Of a stretch of 64,000 nt of DNA, positions 9,681 through 17,595 are shown in pieces (position 1 is the first letter of the stretch; every line of letters begins with the position of its first letter). The notes under the pieces are model-generated. The model saw only the letters and a program-made list of their open reading frames with translations. It made no database searches and was not told the origin of the DNA. The position numbers and the translations under genes are program-made. Source of the stretch: Bacteroidota bacterium (lineage in GTDB: Bacteria > Bacteroidota > Bacteroidia > Chitinophagales > Chitinophagaceae); contig CANGFA010000012.1 of the NCBI GenBank assembly GCA_947453145.1, positions 4,291 to 68,290 of the forward strand, given 5' to 3'.

Positions 9681-11390
9681 ATGAATCTTTTCAGAAAAAA
9701 ATCAATTGACAAAATTGTGCAGGATGCTGCATTGGGAATGACGGACGGACACAGTGCCAATGGGTTAAAAAAAGAATTGGGTGTGAAGGATTTAACTTTT
9801 ATGGGTATTGCAGCTGTTGTGGGTGCAGGTATTTTTTCAACAATTGGAACCGCAGCATACCATGGAGGACCAGGTATTTCTTTATTATTTGTGATCACAG
9901 CTATTACCTGTGGTTTTAGTGCATTATGTTATGCTGAATTTGCGAGTAGAGTGCCTATTGCCGGCAGTGCTTATACCTATGCCTATGTTACTTTTGGCGA
10001 ATTAGTTGCTTGGATTATTGGGTGGGCTTTAATTTTAGAATATGCCATTGGCAATATTGTAGTGGCCATTAGTTGGAGTGGTTATTTTGTAAATTTATTA
10101 GAGGGGTTTCATATTCATTTACCTGGTTGGTTGTCTACTAACTATGAGCAAGCTCAACAGGGGTATGCCGAAGCACTGGAACATTTAAAAGCGGGGGGAA
10201 CCCAGGAAACTTTTAGCAAATTAGCAAGAATAGGATATGATGCCATTACCAATGCACCTATGATTGGCAATTGGAAAGTGATTTTAAATATCCCAGCACT
10301 TATCATTGTTGTTTTAATTACGGCCTTGGTGTATAGAGGTATTAAAGAAAGTAAAAAAAGCACCAATGCAATGGTGATATTTAAGATATGCATAATAATA
10401 GGCGTTATTATTTTAGGATTCTTTTATGTAGATACGGCGAATTGGGCTCCATTCATGCCTAATGGCTTTAAAGGGGTATTGGCAGGAGTATCTGCAGTAT
10501 TTTATGCTTATATAGGATTTGATGCTATATCAACAACTGCCGAGGAATGTAAAAATCCTCAACGTGATTTACCAAGAGGTATGATTTACTCCTTAATCAT
10601 TTGTACTGTTTTATATATTTTAATTGCATTGGTTTTAACGGGAATGGTTAACTATACTCAATTAAAAGTAGACGATCCATTAGCCTTTGTGTTCGAAAAA
10701 ATTGGGCTTCATAAAATTGGGTATATTATTTCAGTTAGTGCTGTTGTAGCTACCACCAGTGTGCTGTTGGTTTTTCAATTAGGTCAACCCAGAATTTGGA
10801 TGAGTATGAGCCGAGACGGATTATTACCAAAGAAATTTTCTAATGTGCATCCTAAATTCGGAACACCTGCTTTTGCAACTATTGTTACAGGCATATTTGT
10901 AGGCATTCCTTCCTTGTTTATGTCCATTAGCACTATGACAGACTTAACAAGTATTGGTACTTTATTTGCATTTGTATTGGTTTGTTTTGGGGTATTGGTA
11001 TTGCCAAGATTATCTGCAGGAGCCAATAAACAAGCATTTAGGTTACCTTATATTAATGGACAATTTATCATCCCCGTATTGGCTTTGATATTTATTTATT
11101 TTGGCCAGGAAAGAATTAAAACTGCTTTTAGTGCAGCAGGTAAAGAAAGTTATCAGGAAATATTGTATTTAGTTTTTGTTTTCATTCTTACTATAGTAGC
11201 CTTATTTAGCTTTTTACGTAAATACTCTGTTATTCCAATTATTGGTGCGATGTGCTGTTTATATTTAATGATAGAAATTCCACCTATTAGTTGGTTATGG
11301 TTTTTTATATGGATGGGTATTGGATTGGTATTTTATGCTTTATATGGTAGTAAACAATCCAAATTGAATGACAACCGTCCAATAAGTTAA
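9681..11390 (+). CDS. APC-family amino acid permease (cationic amino acid transporter-like)
   Basis: GIAAVVGAGIF, CYAEFASRVPIAGSAYTY, YAYIGFDAIST, QPRIWMSMSRDGLLP and many TM helices. Confidence 0.92.
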   Translation: MNLFRKKSIDKIVQDAALGMTDGHSANGLKKELGVKDLTFMGIAAVVGAGIFSTIGTAAYHGGPGISLLFVITAITCGFSALCYAEFASRVPIAGSAYTYAYVTFGELVAWIIGWALILEYAIGNIVVAISWSGYFVNLLEGFHIHLPGWLSTNYEQAQQGYAEALEHLKAGGTQETFSKLARIGYDAITNAPMIGNWKVILNIPALIIVVLITALVYRGIKESKKSTNAMVIFKICIIIGVIILGFFYVDTANWAPFMPNGFKGVLAGVSAVFYAYIGFDAISTTAEECKNPQRDLPRGMIYSLIICTVLYILIALVLTGMVNYTQLKVDDPLAFVFEKIGLHKIGYIISVSAVVATTSVLLVFQLGQPRIWMSMSRDGLLPKKFSNVHPKFGTPAFATIVTGIFVGIPSLFMSISTMTDLTSIGTLFAFVLVCFGVLVLPRLSAGANKQAFRLPYINGQFIIPVLALIFIYFGQERIKTAFSAAGKESYQEILYLVFVFILTIVALFSFLRKYSVIPIIGAMCCLYLMIEIPPISWLWFFIWMGIGLVFYALYGSKQSKLNDNRPIS

Positions 11391-11395
11391 ATATT

Positions 11396-12424
11396 ATGAA
11401 GTATCAAGTTGGGGACGAGATTTTAGTTTTGCTCAGTAATGAGGAAGGAAGGATTATTGAAATCATGAATGATGAAATGGTTATGATTGAAGTGCGTGGT
11501 GTAAAGTTCCCGGCATACATGGATCAAATAGATTTTCCTTATTTTAAAAGATTTACCGAAAAGAAATTGTTTCCTCAAAAAACAGCTCCACAAAAAATTT
11601 ATGTAGACCAAATCCCCAAAGAGAAAGTAGTTAAAAATGATAGTAAAGACGAAGAGGGTGTTTGGTTGAATATTATTCCCAAATTTAGTTTGGACGATTT
11701 TAATGATGAGATTGTAGACAATTTAAAAATATACCTTTCTAACAGAAATAGGGTTAGTTATAATTTTATTTATGATCAATCCTTTGCTGGTGAAAGTAAT
11801 TTTTCCATTGAGTCCACCATTGCACCCTTTACCGATTTTTATATACATGATATTCCATTTGAGGACATTAATGATAGCCCTAGTTTTAGCATTGATTTTT
11901 CTTTAACTGATCCACATAAAAAGAAGGCGGATCATTTTGAGGCCATAGTGAAAATTAAACCAAAACAATTCTTTCAAAAGATTGAAATTTTAAAAGAGGA
12001 CGAAAAAGCGAATATTCGATACCCGTTATTTGAAACCTATCCAGATAAAACAGAAGACAATCACATTGCTATTGATATTTTGCGCAATGCAGGATACAAA
12101 GTATATGATGCTTCTAAAATAAAACAAAATATACAACAAGCCCGTTCTGTAATTGATTTACATATTGAAAAAATAATGGACACTCATAGCCATTTAAGCA
12201 ATGCGGAAATTTTACATTTTCAATTACAGGAATTTGAAAAGTGGTTTGAATTGGCCCGGTTAAACCATTTACCTTCTATGATTATAATACATGGCATTGG
12301 GAAGGGTAAATTAAAGTCAGAGATTCATGATTTATTGAAGGTGAAGCCGGGTGTCAAAAGTTTTATCAATCAGTATTCTGACTTTTACGGTTATGGTGCA
12401 ACCGAAGTGTTTTTTGAATACTAA
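11396..12424 (+). CDS. Smr-domain protein (N-terminal KOW-like region, central DUF2027-like region, C-terminal Smr)
   Basis: C-terminal VIDLHIEKI...IIHGIGKGKLK...YGYGATEV Smr motifs and N-terminal KYQVGDEILVL. Confidence 0.8.
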   Translation: MKYQVGDEILVLLSNEEGRIIEIMNDEMVMIEVRGVKFPAYMDQIDFPYFKRFTEKKLFPQKTAPQKIYVDQIPKEKVVKNDSKDEEGVWLNIIPKFSLDDFNDEIVDNLKIYLSNRNRVSYNFIYDQSFAGESNFSIESTIAPFTDFYIHDIPFEDINDSPSFSIDFSLTDPHKKKADHFEAIVKIKPKQFFQKIEILKEDEKANIRYPLFETYPDKTEDNHIAIDILRNAGYKVYDASKIKQNIQQARSVIDLHIEKIMDTHSHLSNAEILHFQLQEFEKWFELARLNHLPSMIIIHGIGKGKLKSEIHDLLKVKPGVKSFINQYSDFYGYGATEVFFEY

Positions 12425-12428
12425 GTAC

Positions 12429-12436
12429 TACCTTTG
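12429..12436 (+). promoter_or_regulatory. -7 element (TACCTTTG) for rnpB
   Basis: Exact consensus. The first nucleotide of the P1 helix follows after a 4-nt gap. Confidence 0.75.
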
Positions 12437-12440
12437 TAAT

Positions 12441-12781
12441 ACTACAAACCCGAGCTATCGTGGTAAGCAATTACCAAGGAAAGTCCGGACAGCATAGGGT
12501 AACCCACCGGTGAATAGCCGGCGTTCTCGCAAGAGGGCAGAGAAAGTGCCACAGAAAATAACTACCTCGCAAGGGGAAAAGGTGAAAACGTGAGGTAAGA
12601 GCTCACGAACAAGACAAGTAATTGTTTTGTAGGGTAAACCTTGGGTGCTGTAATGCCACGTAAAGGAACGTTTGAGAGCGACTCGTTCAAGTTCCAGGGT
12701 AGGCAGCAAGACTTTATCAGTAATGATAAGGCTAGATAAATGATAGTTTAGAAACAGAATCCGGCTTACGAGGCTTGTAGT
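12441..12781 (+). ncRNA. rnpB: RNase P RNA (bacterial type A)
   Basis: Universal motifs AGGAAAGTCC (12477-12486) and ACAGAATCCGGCTTAC near the 3' end. Terminal P1 pairing ACTACAAACC/GGCTTGTAGT. GCAA/GTAA tetraloop hairpins. Confidence 0.95.
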
Positions 12782-12864
12782 ACTTTTTAATAATTTTGCC
12801 TTTAAAAAAGGCATTATATAATAATTTTTAACCTAGTCTTTATTAAGACGCAATAGAACTGATC

Positions 12865-13960
12865 ATGACGATAGAACAAATTAAGCGCATGAAGGACCAG
12901 GTCACTGTCCTGAGGAGGTTTCTTTGACGTTGATAATCGGATTCAAAAAGTAGATCAAGACAAACAAATGTCTTTGTCTCCCGGTTTTTGGGATGACAAC
13001 ACCCGAGCTACGGGTATCATGAAAGAAATAAAAGTTAATGAATATTGGATACATCTTTTCCAAGATGTGGAATCTAGTGTGGAAGACTTTGCAGTTTTAT
13101 TTGAATTTTGGAAGGGTGGAGATGCTACTGAACAAGAAACAAAAGAAGCATTTGAAAAAGCAGTTCAATTAATTGAAGATGCCGAATTTAAAAGTACTTT
13201 AAATAAACCCGAAGACGAGCTTACTGCCATCATGCAAATAAATCCAGGGGCAGGTGGAACTGAGAGTCAGGATTGGGCGGAAATCCTGCTTAGAATGTAT
13301 AGTATGTATGGTGACAAACAAAGGTGGACTGTAACTTCTTTGGATTATCAAGAAGGTGATGGTGCAGGCATTAAATCGGCCACCATACAATTTGATGGAC
13401 CATTTGCTTATGGATTTTTAAAAGCAGAATCGGGGGTACATCGTTTAGTAAGAATTTCCCCTTTTGATAGCAATGCAAGAAGGCATACTAGTTTTGCTTC
13501 TGTTTATGTTTATCCTTTAATTGATGATAGTATCGAAATTACAGTAAGCCCTGCGGATATTGAATGGGAATTTTATCGTAGTGGAGGTAAAGGAGGACAA
13601 AACGTAAATAAAGTAGAAACAGCAGTGCGTTTAAAACATATTCCATCGGGTATTATTGTAGAATGTCAGCAATCAAGAACTCAAGGAGAGAATAGAGAAA
13701 TTGCCATGAAGATGTTAAAAAGTAGATTGTATGAAGAAGAGATGCGCAAAAAACAAGAAGCTTTAAATGCTACTAATTCTACAAAGAAAAAAATAGAGTG
13801 GGGAAGTCAAATTCGTTCTTATGTTTTTCATCCTTATAAAATGATTAAGGATCATCGAACGGATTATGAAGTGGGAAATGTGGGACCTGTAATGGATGGA
13901 GAAATAGATGGATTTATTAAAGCCTATTTAATGTCTGAAAAGTCGGAAGCCAACGATTAG
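12865..13960 (+). CDS. prfB: Peptide chain release factor 2, with a programmed +1 frameshift
   Basis: The upstream [23 protein letters not shown] ends in AGGAGG-TTT-CTT-TGA-C (stop at 12925-12927). The +1 frame continues DVDNRIQ... into the ORF at 12968, which has the SPF and GGQ motifs. Confidence 0.96.
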
Positions 13961-13969
13961 AGCAATAAA

Positions 13970-15577
13970 CTAATTTTTGGGAGAAAGTATTTCAAACTTG
14001 CTTTTAGGTCTTAAATTTTCCTGCCATTTAAATCCTTTAATTTGTAATTCGTCTTTTGTGGTTTGACCCATTGGGGACATTTTCCCGTTTAATTGATTTA
14101 TGAATACCACTTTTGAGACCTCATTGTTTTCAAAACTAACCTCAATGGACTGAGCAGAAGAATGGTTCATTCCAACAAATTTCTTTTGTTCATCTAAAGC
14201 AAAATAAATGTTTTCTGCACTTCCTTTAGTTTTCATTTTCACCAAGTCGCCATCCTTAAACCAAGCATTTAATTTATTTCCTTTTAATTGGTTAAAATAT
14301 TTTGTGGTATCTACTTTATTAATCGCAAAGGCATTGTCAAATACGAGTAATTGTTCTGGCTTACGGTTGTTTAAAAACATATAAATAGTGTCCCCTGTAA
14401 TTTGATTATCATTGGACCAAATGATGGGTTTATTTAGCAATCTAATGGTAGAGTCGCTTAAAGCATAAAATAAACTATCACAAGTTGCTTGCAAGGAATC
14501 CGAATAAATTTTTACATGATGAAAGGCTTCAAAATATTTATTAAGGGTGGTATCTTTTAGAACGCCAACGCTATCTCTGGCTGCATTCATTTTTCTAGGT
14601 AAATCAGTAATTTTAGCAACATACAATGTATCTGCTGAAATTAACATTGTATCCTTTTTTTGCTTTATGAATAAAATGGGCAATTCGGTTGCTAATAGCA
14701 CATCTTTTTTTCTATTGGTTTTAATGTTGTTCGCTATTAAATCAAAACTAGCAGTATCTTTGGATCTATAAATGGCGTTTCCTCTAAATTCACCTAAGCC
14801 AAGTGAATCGTCAATCGCCATTTCGTCTGCGATAAAAGTGTAGGTACTGTCAACCACCGAAGACCGATCATACAAATAACCTTTTCTGTTGCCAAGATTA
14901 TAGTTCCCATTGCTGGTTCTTATCGTTCTGGTTTTTGTATTTATTTTGGTTGGACTAATAAAATTAGCCAATTGAGAATAGGTATTGTACTCCAAAGTAT
15001 CAGTGACAATATGGTTATCGGGGTCTCTTAAATCAACTTTTTTTCTAAAAATAACATCCCTAGTTACTCCATAATAAAATCCTTCTACACTCGTTAAGGT
15101 TGTATTGTTTCTTACCAACTTTGCCCCTTTTAAAAAACTACCTATTTTTACAGAGACATCATAATCTAGAGAGTCTGTCGTTAATACGCCTCTGCCATCA
15201 GTTAATTTTACATTTTTTCTTAGGATTGCTTTCTTTGTATTGCCGTTGTATTTTAGAAAATCGGCATAGGTATGAACACTATCTGCATCATTTATATGTA
15301 CTTTGCCAAATCCTTCTAAAGTATTTAATGTGGTATTTAAAATAATACTATCGCCGTATAATAGAGTTTTTCCTTGTTTTATATTCACATGGCCCACAAG
15401 TATGAGAAAGTCCATACTATCTTTCTTTTTCACATTGTAAGTTTCTGCCGATAAAAATTCAATAAGTTTCGCATTACTATCTAAACCAATTGCATTGGTA
15501 CCTCCAAATTGATACTGTGCATTTATTTTGGTTGCAGCAAGTAGGAGGAATAAAAAAATATAGCCAATCTTCTTCAT
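13970..15577 (-). CDS. OstA/LptA-like beta-jellyroll envelope protein
   Basis: Signal peptide (KINA|Q) and repeated GxVxI / LxxDxLxY beta-jellyroll segments. Co-oriented and coupled with the mlaD-like gene and the amidase. Confidence 0.72.
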   Translation of the reverse strand: MKKIGYIFLFLLLAATKINAQYQFGGTNAIGLDSNAKLIEFLSAETYNVKKKDSMDFLILVGHVNIKQGKTLLYGDSIILNTTLNTLEGFGKVHINDADSVHTYADFLKYNGNTKKAILRKNVKLTDGRGVLTTDSLDYDVSVKIGSFLKGAKLVRNNTTLTSVEGFYYGVTRDVIFRKKVDLRDPDNHIVTDTLEYNTYSQLANFISPTKINTKTRTIRTSNGNYNLGNRKGYLYDRSSVVDSTYTFIADEMAIDDSLGLGEFRGNAIYRSKDTASFDLIANNIKTNRKKDVLLATELPILFIKQKKDTMLISADTLYVAKITDLPRKMNAARDSVGVLKDTTLNKYFEAFHHVKIYSDSLQATCDSLFYALSDSTIRLLNKPIIWSNDNQITGDTIYMFLNNRKPEQLLVFDNAFAINKVDTTKYFNQLKGNKLNAWFKDGDLVKMKTKGSAENIYFALDEQKKFVGMNHSSAQSIEVSFENNEVSKVVFINQLNGKMSPMGQTTKDELQIKGFKWQENLRPKSKFEILSPKN

Positions 15578-16575
15578 TATGGGGTAGTATCAGCTATTGG
15601 CTTGATTAATGGGGTTGATTTATCCTTTTTCCCAAAAACAGAAATATTTACATATCTTTTTGGATGCGTTTTCACATCATCTACTAAAGTATTAATGCTC
15701 TTGATAGTGCCTTGCAATTGCTTATAAATTTCTGGATCGTTTAATAACTTGGCTGCGGATCCGTCCCCATTATTTAAATTGTGCAAGGTTTGAGTAAGTT
15801 CTACAACTACTCCTTGAATATCTTTAATGGTCTTTTCTAAATTTGCATTTTTAATTTGTTTACTTGTCGTATCTAAATTGCTAATGATGTCATTTATTTT
15901 TTTATTATTATCACTCAAGTTTTTGGTAAAACTATTTAAGTTACTTGCTGTTTGTGCAATTGAGCCTGTTTGACTTTGCAGCATGGCTTCCACCGACTCC
16001 ATGGATTTATTTAAGCTTGTAGTAGCTGTACTAAGGTTCGTTAAAATTTGTGCAAAGTTGGCTTTATTTTGATCGTCTAAAACCTTATTTATATTCACTA
16101 ATACTTTTTCTAAATCGGATATTGTTTTCTTAGTTTGCTCACCTAGTGGGGAGAGTGTATTCATCAAGTCCCCTAATAAACTAGCAGCAGGCGCTGTTTT
16201 AATGGTGTCCTCTGATTTTAAAAATGTTTTTGCATCTCCTAATACTATTGCAATACTATTGGTACCTAATGGATTGTCTTGAATGGTAGCTATTGAATTA
16301 TTTGGGATCTTATAAACACTATTTAGTTTGATAGAAACAACAATTTGAGATAAGTCTGCGGATTTGTTTTCGATATCAAAAACAGTACCCACCTGAAACC
16401 CATTTACGAATACGGGGTTGGAAACAATAAGCCCTTTTGTGTCGGCATATTTAGCATAGATAAAATTACCAGACTTAAATATGGTCTTGCCTCTTAAAAA
16501 ATTAAATCCTAAAATAATTAAAGTAATAGCAACAATGGTAAGTGCGCCAACTTTAGTTTCGTTTGATACCTTCAT
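15577..16575 (-). CDS. MlaD/MCE family protein
   Basis: N-terminal TM anchor (ETKVGALTI), MCE domain GLIVSNPVFVNGFQVGTV, long coiled coil and C-terminal DDVKTHPKRYVNISVFG. Confidence 0.88.
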   Translation of the reverse strand: MKVSNETKVGALTIVAITLIILGFNFLRGKTIFKSGNFIYAKYADTKGLIVSNPVFVNGFQVGTVFDIENKSADLSQIVVSIKLNSVYKIPNNSIATIQDNPLGTNSIAIVLGDAKTFLKSEDTIKTAPAASLLGDLMNTLSPLGEQTKKTISDLEKVLVNINKVLDDQNKANFAQILTNLSTATTSLNKSMESVEAMLQSQTGSIAQTASNLNSFTKNLSDNNKKINDIISNLDTTSKQIKNANLEKTIKDIQGVVVELTQTLHNLNNGDGSAAKLLNDPEIYKQLQGTIKSINTLVDDVKTHPKRYVNISVFGKKDKSTPLIKPIADTTP

Positions 16576-16619
16576 TTTTCAAGTTTATATGCTACTACAA
16601 ATTTACCTAAAAATATTGG

Positions 16620-17555
16620 CTAATTAGCATTGGACTTTTTCTGGTTCTCCAATGAATTTTTGTACCTAATCAGCGATTTGGTAATTACCTCGCAAATTTG
16701 ATTTTGTCCAAGTTCGCTATTTAAATAATCTTCGTCTTCGGGGTTGGAAATAAAGCCAGTTTCAACCAAAACGGCAGGCATTTGAACGGCAGCCAATACC
16801 CAAATTCCTTTTTGACGTTGTTTTGCTTCTCTACTTAATCGGCCTGCATTTTTAAATTCTTCTTCAATAGTTAATGCTAAACTTGCGGCTCTCTGAAAGT
16901 ATTGTTGTGTTAATAAACTAGCCATCATGGACCTGGTTGGGTCGGTTGTATTTATTTCCTTGATTTGTCTTTCCGAAACGGAATCTAATTTCTCAACAAC
17001 GTCTCCCACTGCATCATTCGCCATTTCCTTACGCTGATCGGACTTGTCTACATTGTAAATAAATGTTTCTGTACCTTTTGCCTGGCTTGGGATATAGCTT
17101 ACTTTATATTGAGGAACCTGAACAGAAACCTTTCTAGTTTTACCATTCTTTTTTACATATCTAGTTTTGGTGGTATAGCCAATTAAATCTCTTTTTGCAT
17201 GCGGATCGTCTGAATTGGTATGAATACAAACAAATAAATCTCCCTTTGCGGCATTGGCAATTTTCGCTTTTTCTACTACCGAATTAAAAATATCTGTTTT
17301 ACGGGTTAAAACCACCTCCACGTCTGGAATAGAGGCCTTTATATAGTCGGCTAATTTTAAAGAAATGGCAAGTGCAACAGCCGCCTCGGTTGAGTAACTT
17401 CCACCAGCTCCTGGGTCAGTTCCACCATGCCCGGGATCAATTACAATACGTTTTAAGGTTTTTGCTTGCCCTTGAGCGTTTAAATTATTGCTATAGGTAG
17501 ATAAAATGGCAAAAATGCCTAAAGTAAATGCTAAAATCAGTCTATTTTGCTTCAT
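16620..17555 (-). CDS. N-acetylmuramoyl-L-alanine amidase (Amidase_3)
   Basis: IVIDPGHGGTDPGA, TEAAVAL, FVCIHTN and PAVLVETGFISN zinc-ligand motifs, plus a signal peptide. Confidence 0.92.
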   Translation of the reverse strand: MKQNRLILAFTLGIFAILSTYSNNLNAQGQAKTLKRIVIDPGHGGTDPGAGGSYSTEAAVALAISLKLADYIKASIPDVEVVLTRKTDIFNSVVEKAKIANAAKGDLFVCIHTNSDDPHAKRDLIGYTTKTRYVKKNGKTRKVSVQVPQYKVSYIPSQAKGTETFIYNVDKSDQRKEMANDAVGDVVEKLDSVSERQIKEINTTDPTRSMMASLLTQQYFQRAASLALTIEEEFKNAGRLSREAKQRQKGIWVLAAVQMPAVLVETGFISNPEDEDYLNSELGQNQICEVITKSLIRYKNSLENQKKSNAN

Positions 17556-17595
17556 AATCAGTTCCTTAATGCTGTTTTAGTTTATTTTTGCACCA

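Noticed and set aside
12455-12814. 119-aa minus-strand ORF
   Set aside because: It is the antisense shadow of the GC-richer RNase P RNA.
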